64,000 bases of DNA. Source: a virus (lineage: Duplodnaviria > Caudoviricetes). Shown piece after piece: positions 1 through 7,358 of this stretch (its first letter is position 1; each line of letters opens with the position of its first letter). The translations under genes were made by a program, and so were the position numbers. The DNA is taken from positions 12,308 to 76,307 of IMG/VR virus record IMGVR_UViG_3300020050_005097; one strand, given 5' to 3'. The notes below the pieces were generated by a model. The model made no database searches, was not told where the DNA came from, and saw only the letters and a list, made by a program, of their open reading frames with translations.

Positions 1-45
1 TTCCTTGATCATTCCGCGGATCTTGTTGCGGGTTTCTTCATTCAT
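1..45 (-). CDS. partial hypothetical protein (MNEETRNKIRGMIKE..., runs off window)
   Basis: ATG at 45 with AGGAG SD; open to window edge. Confidence 0.5.
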   Translation of the reverse strand, partial: MNEETRNKIRGMIKE

Positions 46-73
46 TTGTGTCTCCTAGGTTGGAAAAAGAAGA

Positions 74-101
74 GGAAATACCGTGTTACTTTGGTATCTC
101 C
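74..101 (-). terminator. terminator hairpin, family II
   Basis: ggaaatacc/ggtatctcc stem, gtgttacttt loop, U-tract on minus strand. Confidence 0.7.
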
Positions 102-110
102 CCCTGGAAT

Positions 111-323
111 TTACTTCTTGGCGAGCGCGGATGTTACTGCTGGGTCGTTCATGCTGAACCGAAGTGTGGTGATGACAGCCGACACATTTCCCAGCGTGAG
201 GTGCAACTCGTCCAAAACCTTCTCGGTGAGAGGGGTTTCGAATCGGTTCAGCAACAGCACGGCGAGATGGTCGATGTCTTCTTGCAGTTCGTTCAGCCGG
301 TTGACGGCATAGTAAGGGTCCAT
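111..323 (-). CDS. small helical hypothetical protein (cassette)
   Basis: 70-aa ORF, AGGAGG SD, own promoter motif and terminator. Confidence 0.75.
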   Translation of the reverse strand: MDPYYAVNRLNELQEDIDHLAVLLLNRFETPLTEKVLDELHLTLGNVSAVITTLRFSMNDPAVTSALAKK

Positions 324-344
324 GGTGGGCCTCCTTGTTGTTCC

Positions 345-369
345 ATCTTAGCCCATGTAAAACCTGCGA
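345..369 (-). promoter_or_regulatory. 25-bp conserved promoter-like motif
   Basis: TCGCAGGTTTTACATGGGCTAAGAT on minus strand. Confidence 0.75.
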
Positions 370-408
370 GAAGAACATGACCCTTGTGTTACGGGTCAGA
401 GGTTCTCA
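370..408 (-). terminator. terminator hairpin, family I
   Basis: agaac-tgaccc...gggtca-gttct stem. Confidence 0.7.
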
Positions 409-420
409 GAACGTACTTCT

Positions 421-594
421 CTACTTCTTGTCCATGAGCTTCACGAGCTCGGGGTTCTTCTTGATGGCCTCCACCATGGTGTGGTAGAACGACTTGTCGA
501 TGGCGGTCAGCAGCATTCGCGCGAGCACGAAGCCGATGCCGAACTTGAAGCCGTTCTTGACGGTGAAGATGTTCTTCGAAGTGGTCTCGATCAT
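421..594 (-). CDS. 57-aa membrane micro-protein (MIETTSKNIF...)
   Basis: hand-translated; AGGAG SD; hydrophobic segment; GC3-rich codons. Confidence 0.75.
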   Translation of the reverse strand: MIETTSKNIFTVKNGFKFGIGFVLARMLLTAIDKSFYHTMVEAIKKNPELVKLMDKK

Positions 595-628
595 GGGGAC
601 TCCTGGGAGTTAGATGGATGAGTGTTCC

Positions 629-653
629 ATCTTAGGGCTTGTTAATTGTGCGA
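629..653 (-). promoter_or_regulatory. 25-bp conserved promoter-like motif
   Basis: atctta-gggc-ttgttaattgtgcga on plus strand. Confidence 0.75.
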
Positions 654-721
654 GAGAAATGTAATACCCGTTGGGTATTTTGATATTCGTTTGTGTAACA
701 GGTATTACATCCAGGACGGCG

Positions 722-823
722 TCAGTTGCGGTTTGACCAGTGGCGTTGTCGCCTTCGGGCATCGTACGCAGCTCCGCTGATAACTAGTGCGGGCGCGATG
801 ATCCAGAAGAGAACTTCGTTCAT
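722..823 (-). CDS. 33-aa membrane micro-protein (MNEVLFWIIAPALVISGAAYDARRRQRHWSNRN)
   Basis: hand-translated; GAGGAG SD; N-terminal TM, basic tail. Confidence 0.65.
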   Translation of the reverse strand: MNEVLFWIIAPALVISGAAYDARRRQRHWSNRN

Positions 824-850
824 GGGTTTCTCCTCTCTGTGGTAGGTCCT

Positions 851-875
851 ATTACAGGCCATGTTATTACTGCGA
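851..875 (-). promoter_or_regulatory. 25-bp conserved promoter-like motif
   Basis: attaca-ggcc-atgttattactgcga. Confidence 0.75.
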
Positions 876-925
876 GAGGAAGAAAAGGGTATGACCGGTT
901 GGTCAGGGACCCCATTTCGGTGCTT

Positions 926-1114
926 CTACTTCTGGAGGGTGCTGAACCAGAACTTCACGTACTCGCGACGCTCTTCGCTGTTGCGGGGCAACGGGTGTCC
1001 GGGGTCCGCCTCTTCGATCTGACCGATGACGGTGATACCGAGGGTGAACATACCGTACACGACGGTTGCTCCAACAGCAGTTCCTGCGGCGAAAACGACG
1101 ATGTTCTTGAACAT
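926..1114 (-). CDS. 62-aa membrane micro-protein
   Basis: N-terminal TM, own promoter and terminator. Confidence 0.8.
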   Translation of the reverse strand: MFKNIVVFAAGTAVGATVVYGMFTLGITVIGQIEEADPGHPLPRNSEERREYVKFWFSTLQK

Positions 1115-1140
1115 GATGTACTCGTTTCTGTAGAGGTGCT

Positions 1141-1165
1141 ATTATACCCCTTGTTATCCTTGCGA
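1141..1165 (-). promoter_or_regulatory. 25-bp conserved promoter-like motif
   Basis: attata-cccc-ttgttatccttgcga. Confidence 0.8.
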
Positions 1166-1220
1166 GAAGAAAAAAGGTAGCCGATGTTCTGGCTGCCTCT
1201 ATACATCTTTGCGTTGGTAA

Positions 1221-1346
1221 CTAGAGCCTTCTCTGATGATGCACCGTATAGACGATCCACCAGATCACCATGCTACCCAAGAGGGCGGCTGCGGTGATGT
1301 TCGGATGGGTGTCGATCATGTCGGCGACATACGTGAAGAGGTTCAT
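1221..1346 (-). CDS. 41-aa membrane micro-protein (MNLFTYVADM...)
   Basis: hand-translated; AAAGG SD; TM segment. Confidence 0.7.
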   Translation of the reverse strand: MNLFTYVADMIDTHPNITAAALLGSMVIWWIVYTVHHQRRL

Positions 1347-1375
1347 TAGCTTACCTTTCGGCAGGCGGATGTGTC

Positions 1376-1400
1376 ATTATACCCCATGTTAAATATGCGT
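1376..1400 (-). promoter_or_regulatory. 25-bp conserved promoter-like motif
   Basis: attata-cccc-atgttaaatatgcgt. Confidence 0.8.
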
Positions 1401-1404
1401 GAGA

Positions 1405-1438
1405 GAAGAACATAACCCGTGTGGGTCAGCGGTTCTCA
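1405..1438 (-). terminator. terminator hairpin, family I
   Basis: gaagaacataacccgtgtgggtcagcggttctca. Confidence 0.75.
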
Positions 1439-1440
1439 GA

Positions 1441-1656
1441 TCAGGGGTTGATTTCCCGTAGGTAGTCGTGGTCCGAGCACGATGCGTGCATGAGCATGAG
1501 CATCCGCATCTTGGCGAATTCCATGGGCGTCACGGTCCACTCACTCGTACTGGTTGGTCCAGTGATGGTGAGCTTCACGCTGTCGTCCAGGTCTTCGATC
1601 TTGATGTCGATGTCATTCCCAAGCTCGTTCACGAACTCGGTTTCGGCAGATGCCAT
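1441..1656 (-). CDS. acidic hypothetical protein (cassette)
   Basis: ORF, likely start MASAE after GAGG SD. Confidence 0.8.
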   Translation of the reverse strand: MASAETEFVNELGNDIDIKIEDLDDSVKLTITGPTSTSEWTVTPMEFAKMRMLMLMHASCSDHDYLREINP

Positions 1657-1678
1657 TTGGGGCCTCTTTCTGTGGTCC

Positions 1679-1703
1679 ATTATACCACATGTTAAATATG
1701 CGT
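1679..1703 (-). promoter_or_regulatory. 25-bp conserved promoter-like motif
   Basis: attata-ccac-atgttaaatatgcgt. Confidence 0.8.
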
Positions 1704-1715
1704 GAAAGAAAACCC

Positions 1716-1997
1716 TCAGCCCCTGTTAAGGGACTGCGGGAGTTGACTGATCGAACGTTGGGCGATTTGCAGGTGCATATTGATTTCATACTGCTTGTGG
1801 TCGCGCTCCTGCTTCGCCTCATGTACCGCTACGAGTCCGGACCAACGGGCATCTTCAGCGTCCTGCTTAGCCGTTACATCGGAAACCAGGTGGTTCACGG
1901 TAACGACAACCGAGGAGGTTGAGGTGGTGTTGGGCGCAGACTGCAGAGCAATCAAGGCGAAGAAGAGTACGAACAAGTAGCGAAATGCTATTTTCAT
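1716..1997 (-). CDS. secreted/membrane-anchored coiled-coil protein
   Basis: signal-peptide-like N-terminus; GGAG SD. Confidence 0.75.
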   Translation of the reverse strand: MKIAFRYLFVLFFALIALQSAPNTTSTSSVVVTVNHLVSDVTAKQDAEDARWSGLVAVHEAKQERDHKQYEINMHLQIAQRSISQLPQSLNRG

Positions 1998-2026
1998 TGC
2001 GTTTCTCCGATTGTTTGACGGTGTCT

Positions 2027-2051
2027 ATTATATGCCTTGTGAATCGTGCGA
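2027..2051 (-). promoter_or_regulatory. 25-bp conserved promoter-like motif
   Basis: attata-tgcc-ttgtgaatcgtgcga. Confidence 0.75.
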
Positions 2052-2066
2052 GAAGATATGTAAAAA

Positions 2067-2098
2067 GAAGAACATAACCCGTGTGGGTCAGAGGTTCT
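2067..2098 (-). terminator. terminator hairpin, family I
   Basis: 31/32 identical to 1405-1436. Confidence 0.75.
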
Positions 2099-2120
2099 GT
2101 AAATCTCTAGATGTAAGCGG

Positions 2121-2327
2121 TTACATGTTGCGAACAATTTCGTTCGTCGTGGCGGTCGCCAACAACGCCTCGCTCACGTCGATGATATCGAGCATTGTGG
2201 CAATCTTCATGTCGTCCAGCTCCTCCTGTGTTTGGGGGATTTGGTCGACATCGATCGTGTTCAACAGCTCGAGCCAGTTGATGAGGTCGGAGTGGATGGT
2301 GATGGCGCGGGGGACGTCTTTGAGCAT
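2121..2327 (-). CDS. acidic helical hypothetical protein (cassette)
   Basis: 68-aa ORF, GGAG SD. Confidence 0.8.
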   Translation of the reverse strand: MLKDVPRAITIHSDLINWLELLNTIDVDQIPQTQEELDDMKIATMLDIIDVSEALLATATTNEIVRNM

Positions 2328-2360
2328 GATGTGCTCCGTTTCGGTCTAGGCGGATTTCCT

Positions 2361-2385
2361 ATTATACACCATGTGAATCCTGCGT
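2361..2385 (-). promoter_or_regulatory. 25-bp conserved promoter-like motif
   Basis: attata-cacc-atgtgaatcctgcgt. Confidence 0.8.
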
Positions 2386-2441
2386 GAGAAAAGAAAAAGA
2401 GAGGCCATGTGCGGGGGTTGTGATGGCCCCTCTTTCTGAAA

Positions 2442-2450
2442 TCAGGCCAT
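2442..2450 (-). other. Met-Ala-stop mini-ORF in an otherwise empty cassette
   Basis: AAGGAG-7nt-ATG GCC TGA between promoter motif and terminator. Confidence 0.55.
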
Positions 2451-2494
2451 GATGCGTCTCCTTGATCTAGGTGGGCGAAGCATGGTGGGGTTTC

Positions 2495-2519
2495 ATTACA
2501 GCCCTTGTGATTCCTGCGT
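2495..2519 (-). promoter_or_regulatory. 25-bp conserved promoter-like motif
   Basis: attaca-gccc-ttgtgattcctgcgt. Confidence 0.75.
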
Positions 2520-2526
2520 GAGAAAA

Positions 2527-2555
2527 GGAAATGTCGTGTTGCTTATGACATTTCC
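2527..2555 (-). terminator. terminator hairpin, family II
   Basis: perfect 9-bp ggaaatgtc/gacatttcc stem, gtgttgcttat loop. Confidence 0.75.
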
Positions 2556-2591
2556 AATGTACTCGTACTGCGGTTGGTTCTACTGCGGGGC

Positions 2592-2693
2592 TTACTTGTT
2601 GCGGATGTATCGGATCGCCCATGCGATCGTCACGATGGGGATCATGGCGATCATGGTGATCATGAACATGGCTTCGAACAGGAAGTCGAGCAT
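2592..2693 (-). CDS. 33-aa membrane micro-protein (MLDFLFEAMFMITMIAMIPIVTIAWAIRYIRNK)
   Basis: hand-translated; GGAGG SD; single TM. Confidence 0.7.
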   Translation of the reverse strand: MLDFLFEAMFMITMIAMIPIVTIAWAIRYIRNK

Positions 2694-2719
2694 GGTATTT
2701 CCTCCGGTGTGTGGGTACT

Positions 2720-2744
2720 ATTATACCCCTCGTTATTCCTGCGC
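2720..2744 (-). promoter_or_regulatory. 25-bp conserved promoter-like motif
   Basis: attata-cccc-tcgttattcctgcgc. Confidence 0.75.
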
Positions 2745-2783
2745 CCCTATGATTAAGATTAGTGGAGGAGCGTCAGATATAAC

Positions 2784-3746
2784 TCACGAGTACTTCAGCG
2801 GGAACACCGGAAGGTCCACAAGCGTTTCACCCTGGTTGCCACGGAAGTCGTAGCCCATACGGATCAGATCCTGAATGCGGTTGCTAGTCGCGTCATCGTC
2901 AACAGACCCATCGGGCTTGCGAACCGGCTCGACGTAGGTCTTCATACCGCTGAGAACAGTGTAAAGCTTTCCATCCAGTTCATTGACACCCATCCACTTG
3001 TCGTCGTTGGCGGCGATGGTCTCCTGGAGAGCCTTCACAATCCGGTCGCCAAGGGCGTTGAACATTGGATTGGTAGCGGCAACATACTCTTCGGGGGTCA
3101 TATCATCTTCTCCGTTTAGGGTGAGGTACTTAACAGTAATATCGTGGATGCGCTTTCCGTTCTTCTTACCAATATCCCAATGCGCGTTTTCAGGGGTATG
3201 GTTGTGATCTGTCCAGCCATCGTAGTCGATGAACTCCTGAGCGCCCATTCGCAGAGGAGAGTCGTACCGAGCCAGGATGATTCCTTCATTGGCACCCCAG
3301 AAACGAGGGTACTTCTCAATGTCGAAGTCATGCCCAGCCTTCTTCGTGGCAGCCAGCATGTAACCGACGGCCTCATATGTACCGTCGTCCCACTCTTCAG
3401 CGGCGAAGCCCATAACCTCAGCCTGGATATTGGGCCCAGACCGGTTGGTATCAGCTCCACCAGGAGCATTCTCCAGGGTATAACCACCGACGTTAAGGGG
3501 GAGTAACTGCCAGATGAGTTTGTTACCCACAAGGAAATGAGGGAGCCCACGACCGGGATCACGTGCCCATGAGGAAATGAGCATGTTAGCGATTGCTAGA
3601 GTTGAGCCGGTCTCCGCGGTATGCAGAGTAAACTTAGGTCCTTCATTGGGGCGAATATCCAAGCCGGCATTGATCGGGTGGTAAATGACCTCAATACCAT
3701 GCGCTGCCGCAGGTGCTGGGTCGATCCATAGTGTATGTGCAGCCAT
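2784..3746 (-). CDS. endolysin, N-acetylmuramoyl-L-alanine amidase (Amidase_2-like)
   Basis: LHTAET, PHFLV, IQAEV and HNHTPENAHWD Zn-amidase motifs. Confidence 0.8.
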   Translation of the reverse strand: MAAHTLWIDPAPAAAHGIEVIYHPINAGLDIRPNEGPKFTLHTAETGSTLAIANMLISSWARDPGRGLPHFLVGNKLIWQLLPLNVGGYTLENAPGGADTNRSGPNIQAEVMGFAAEEWDDGTYEAVGYMLAATKKAGHDFDIEKYPRFWGANEGIILARYDSPLRMGAQEFIDYDGWTDHNHTPENAHWDIGKKNGKRIHDITVKYLTLNGEDDMTPEEYVAATNPMFNALGDRIVKALQETIAANDDKWMGVNELDGKLYTVLSGMKTYVEPVRKPDGSVDDDATSNRIQDLIRMGYDFRGNQGETLVDLPVFPLKYS

Positions 3747-3759
3747 GGAAACCTTTCTG

Positions 3760-4014
3760 TTAGTGTCTATTTACTAGACTCATTTGCTCGTGATCGTGAT
3801 CTACGTAATACAGCGTTTCGTAGCGATCATCGATTTCTACCGTCAGTTCAACGAGCCTTCCTCCTTCCAGAGGGTTTACCTCTCGGAGCATCCCAGACAC
3901 AGGCGTGCCATCAGGGAGAGAAGTGTCAACGATATGGTCTAGCTGAAGCAGCAAAGACATGACGTTGTGGGTGGATCGAGGGTTTTCGATGTCGTACACC
4001 ATGGTTACCAGCAT
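3760..4014 (-). CDS. hypothetical protein
   Basis: ORF with AGGAG SD. Confidence 0.65.
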   Translation of the reverse strand: MLVTMVYDIENPRSTHNVMSLLLQLDHIVDTSLPDGTPVSGMLREVNPLEGGRLVELTVEIDDRYETLYYVDHDHEQMSLVNRH

Positions 4015-4031
4015 TGGTTCCTCCTATAGAA

Positions 4032-4199
4032 TTATGGGTCGAAAATGATTTCGGTTGGGTGCAACTCTACAGCACAAAACTCGCAAACAAGGATTGGCGA
4101 ACCCTCTGGGCAGTGTTTAAAACAACACTTCCGCCACATAGGACTCCACACCTCGGTTTTATAGATTCCACACTTACTGCAAACTAGTTGGGGCTCCAT
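4032..4199 (-). CDS. Cys-rich (Zn-finger-like) micro-protein
   Basis: CxxC motifs; AAGGAG SD. Confidence 0.6.
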   Translation of the reverse strand: MEPQLVCSKCGIYKTEVWSPMWRKCCFKHCPEGSPILVCEFCAVELHPTEIIFDP

Positions 4200-4467
4200 C
4201 TTGCTCCTTAACGACGTGGTGGAATCCACCGGTGAAGTAACACATTGATGGAAGAGGTCCCTTCAATGCTCGACCACACACCATACATACCCTCCGCCGG
4301 AAATTTCTCCCGATGATTTCGTCGCCGTGAGTGCAGCGAATATGTTTGTGTTTACACACCCCTGGAATCCATCGCTGGAACCAGTTACCAGACGCGCCAC
4401 GTTTGTACGCTTTGTCCTGCTGATCAAGCATGTATTTCATGCGTTTTCGTTGCTCTTCATCGTTCAT
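4174..4467 (-). CDS. Cys-rich hypothetical protein
   Basis: CxH/CxxC motifs; ATGA overlap with upstream gene. Confidence 0.65.
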   Translation of the reverse strand: MNDEEQRKRMKYMLDQQDKAYKRGASGNWFQRWIPGVCKHKHIRCTHGDEIIGRNFRRRVCMVCGRALKGPLPSMCYFTGGFHHVVKEQDGAPTSLQ

Positions 4468-5024
4468 GGCATCTCCCAATCTCCCGGCAGAGTATCGAAG
4501 ACCGTACCCTGAATGTTGAAGTTCAAGACAAATTCGTTCACGACACGCTGCTTCTCAAGATCCCCAAACGAAATGGCTCCGATGCTTGGGGTAATCCAAC
4601 CCATGAGAGCTCCGTAAGAAGTTCGTTCGAACCCAAGGGCATCGTAGACTTCGTTGAGGAAGACATGGCCACGGGCGTGAAGGAGATCATTGAAGTAGTT
4701 CAATTGACACCGGAGAAACAGCTTGTTAAGTTCGCCATTCTTCTTCCAATGACGAGAAGTCGAGTCGAACACTCGGTCATGTTTCGACATGAGCTGCGTC
4801 GGGTTTTGGTCCTCTTCGAACTTCTTCGGCATGATCAACTCTACTACGTCAATAGGCGTGAAGGTCCAACCGCGGGAACCATTGTACAAAGTATCAAACG
4901 TGGCCGTAAAACTATGGTTATCGCCACAGATATCGATGATGGTACATTCGTTCAAATCTCTTGACGAGAGAAGAACGTCTCCAACACGAAGGCATGTGGC
5001 AAAGGTCTTAATTGTACGAGTCAT
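4464..5024 (-). CDS. chimeric protein with DUF6353-like C-terminus
   Basis: RGHVFLNEVYDALG shared with 32951-33805. Confidence 0.75.
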   Translation of the reverse strand: MTRTIKTFATCLRVGDVLLSSRDLNECTIIDICGDNHSFTATFDTLYNGSRGWTFTPIDVVELIMPKKFEEDQNPTQLMSKHDRVFDSTSRHWKKNGELNKLFLRCQLNYFNDLLHARGHVFLNEVYDALGFERTSYGALMGWITPSIGAISFGDLEKQRVVNEFVLNFNIQGTVFDTLPGDWEMP

Positions 5025-5029
5025 TATTA

Positions 5030-5048
5030 CTCCTTAGTTAGGTGAATT
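5030..5048 (-). repeat. start-associated motif AATTCACCTAACTAAGGAG
   Basis: identical copies at 5030, 5681, 6055; variants at 7351, 10198, 10750, 12692, 13462, 16569, 17202, 18782, 18866, 19222, 20109, 20634, 23385. Confidence 0.85.
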
Positions 5049-5202
5049 AGAAATCGTTGACAAGGCCGGCTAAGCCTACGTCGTCATGGTTTCGACTTTC
5101 ATCGACAAACCACGTGTGCATTTTAGTAGTACCCCCTGGTGTAGCGCAGCAAAGCCACACAAGAACTTGCTTGTAGTCGTTGGCTAGATACATGAAGTCC
5201 AT
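5047..5202 (-). CDS. 51-aa micro-protein, LVxxF C-terminal family
   Basis: hand-translated, ends DDVGLAGLVNDF; TAATG coupling. Confidence 0.7.
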   Translation of the reverse strand: MDFMYLANDYKQVLVWLCCATPGGTTKMHTWFVDESRNHDDVGLAGLVNDF

Positions 5203-5675
5203 TACTCTGGTGTCCGATCGATAATCCGATATGGATGTTCGGTATCGAAATCGCCGGTGTGTGGGAAGAACGGTTTGAAATATGACCCGGGGTAGGTCTT
5301 ACTCTCAAGGGCAAAGAACTCACACGCTTCGTGAGTCTCCACATCAACAATCCGGTCCAGCAACCACCGGCGCATATCGGCTTCAGAGAACATCACCGCT
5401 TCGGGAGGGATTACAAACGTATGCTGCACGACGAATGGCCGATCGATATCTTGGAATGTGATTGTGTCCGTAACGTCTCGATAATCCATACTGAAACTCA
5501 TATCAGGAACACGCCGATTCGATTCGTGTCTACCAGTCGAATCCGTGCACTTGATGTCGATCCGAAAGCGGAATGGTTCAAGGTAGTTGAACGCCCAACC
5601 CTCTTTGTAGTGCAACCGCTTGATCATGCCGATCAGATCTGGCGATGGTGATAGTTCGTCTGTATGTTGAACCAT
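5202..5675 (-). CDS. hypothetical phage protein
   Basis: 157-aa ORF after start-associated motif. Confidence 0.75.
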   Translation of the reverse strand: MVQHTDELSPSPDLIGMIKRLHYKEGWAFNYLEPFRFRIDIKCTDSTGRHESNRRVPDMSFSMDYRDVTDTITFQDIDRPFVVQHTFVIPPEAVMFSEADMRRWLLDRIVDVETHEACEFFALESKTYPGSYFKPFFPHTGDFDTEHPYRIIDRTPE

Positions 5676-5684
5676 TATTACTCC

Positions 5685-5891
5685 TTAGTTAGGTGAATTA
5701 ACCTTCCTACTCAGCCCCTCGGGCTTATGCTTGTGGCAGAACTTGTTATTGAACCGATCCTGCCAAATCACGTCACCCTCACAAACCCCAAGCGCCATGG
5801 AGCACCAACGATAAAAGCATCCGTTGTCGGGGCCCATAGCATACTCCTTGCCCTCATAGACCATGAAGGGCCACTTCTCGTCGGTGTCCAT
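5685..5891 (-). CDS. Cys-rich hypothetical protein
   Basis: GGAG SD; C-terminus NSPN-stop encoded by the start-associated motif. Confidence 0.65.
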   Translation of the reverse strand: MDTDEKWPFMVYEGKEYAMGPDNGCFYRWCSMALGVCEGDVIWQDRFNNKFCHKHKPEGLSRKVNSPN

Positions 5892-5902
5892 TACATCTCC
5901 TA

Positions 5903-6049
5903 CTACCGCTTCTTACGAAGCCTCAAGATGTGGCCAAGCCCATTCTGAAGGATTTGTGGGTCTGGGGTGTTCTGGACGACCTCGTCTTTCTGCCGCTGGC
6001 TCTTCGGGGTGTTCTTACGGGGAAGGTACTTACCATGCTTTAACTTCAT
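5903..6049 (-). CDS. 48-aa basic micro-protein
   Basis: hand-translated; follows start-associated motif. Confidence 0.6.
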   Translation of the reverse strand: MKLKHGKYLPRKNTPKSQRQKDEVVQNTPDPQILQNGLGHILRLRKKR

Positions 6050-6158
6050 TATTGCTCCTTAGTTAGGTGAATTGATAGAGGGTGTTAGGACTTAGGGCTA
6101 ACGCGCCCAAGGAGAGACGCTTGAATAGTTTCCACATCAAGACCCATATCCTAACAAG

Positions 6159-6242
6159 TGTCCGCGGTGGGATTCGAACCCACACAGCCGTTAGGCCCAG
6201 GGTGTTTAAGACCCCTATGTCTACCTATTCCATCACGCGGAC
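6159..6242 (-). tRNA. trnL: tRNA-Leu(UAA)
   Basis: GTCCGCG/CGCGGAC acceptor, GGTTCGAATCC T-arm, anticodon loop CT-TAA-AC, long variable arm; CCA not encoded. Confidence 0.9.
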
Positions 6243-6248
6243 AAACCT

Positions 6249-6473
6249 TCACATCACGAGCTTGCACATCTCTCGGATGATTTGTAGAACCAGAGTAACT
6301 GAAGCCTTATATAGCGGATCGTTAATTAATCGATCTACATTGGGAGTCCAGTCATCATGATCGTGCGGGATGATAGTGGCATATTCACGCCAACTTGGCC
6401 CGTAGCAAGCCTCGACCCTTTCGGCAAGAGGAACCACCCGATCCCATGTGCAATGGTAGGTGAAATGCGTCAC
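6249..6473 (-). CDS. hypothetical protein
   Basis: GTG start overlapping upstream stop. Confidence 0.55.
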   Translation of the reverse strand: MTHFTYHCTWDRVVPLAERVEACYGPSWREYATIIPHDHDDWTPNVDRLINDPLYKASVTLVLQIIREMCKLVM

Positions 6474-6667
6474 AAGTCCACGAGCTCCTTGGAGAACCGG
6501 ATCGTATGTCTTGATCCCCAACCCATCCCACCCTCAAATCGTCGCCAACCCTCAGCACACTTTCGATACGTGCTGTAACCGTGAGAGGTCGCTAGAACCT
6601 TCCCATTTCTGGCCTTGTACCGATAGGCGAACTTCTTGTCTTCGGTGATGAAGAATTCGACAATCAC
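6470..6667 (-). CDS. YegP/DUF1508-like protein
   Basis: FAYRYKARNGKVLATSHGY pattern. Confidence 0.6.
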   Translation of the reverse strand: MIVEFFITEDKKFAYRYKARNGKVLATSHGYSTYRKCAEGWRRFEGGMGWGSRHTIRFSKELVDL

Positions 6668-7344
6668 GATGCCTCCTCTTGGGCTTTACGAACCTTGCGT
6701 TCCTGCCTGGCGTTCTGGTACTGGCGGTAACCAAGAACACAAGTAGCGCAGTGGCATCCGTAGTTCACGTAACCACTGCGCCCATGCGTCGGAGGAGTTG
6801 CCCCCTTACGACGCTCCCGGCCCTTCTTGTTCGAGATGGACCCCTGGAGCTTGCACTCAGGGCATCGACACCGCCAATTGGTGTAACCGGATAAAGTCCC
6901 GTGCGGGATACGATCTTCGGACTGTGACTCCATCCACTTCTTATGACGATCAGAGTTCGCTTTCGTGCACGGCTCGCATTTGCACCCGTTTTGGTAACAC
7001 TGAACGGTGCCGTGGGTGTCTTTCTTCAACACTAACGGGGCCGTTTCAATCCCAAACCGTCGCATAACGTCGCAAACAGTGTCGTATGGATACCCGGATC
7101 GTTCCGCGATCTCGTGCCGAGTAAGACCTTCGTCGGCCAACTCAGAAAAGATCTTGAACCGCTTTTCGGCCTCTATCTTTTGTGACCGAACAGTAACACC
7201 AGCCCGATTGGCGATCTGACGAACGCGCTCTCGGGTAAGTCCATACGAATCCCCAATTGCCTGGAGAGTTTCCCCCGCAGCAACCCGCCGTGCAATTTCA
7301 GCATTACGTTCGACGTTCTGTGGCTTTGGTCCACGTTTGCCCAT
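6664..7344 (-). CDS. HTH (sigma region 4-like) protein with three HG..Y...CxCxxC repeats
   Basis: GETLQAIGDSYGLTRERVRQI, second HTH, three Cys/His repeats. Confidence 0.8.
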   Translation of the reverse strand: MGKRGPKPQNVERNAEIARRVAAGETLQAIGDSYGLTRERVRQIANRAGVTVRSQKIEAEKRFKIFSELADEGLTRHEIAERSGYPYDTVCDVMRRFGIETAPLVLKKDTHGTVQCYQNGCKCEPCTKANSDRHKKWMESQSEDRIPHGTLSGYTNWRCRCPECKLQGSISNKKGRERRKGATPPTHGRSGYVNYGCHCATCVLGYRQYQNARQERKVRKAQEEAS

Positions 7345-7358
7345 GTTGAGCTCCTTTG

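Noticed and set aside
2565-2590. tactgcgg direct repeat resembling remnant promoter ends
   Set aside because: Only 8 bp; could be chance.
60-2745. Cassette array as CRISPR array or integron
   Set aside because: Inter-repeat segments are variable-length (about 100-300 bp) intact genes with SDs. No cas or integrase gene and no attC-type R/L boxes were seen.
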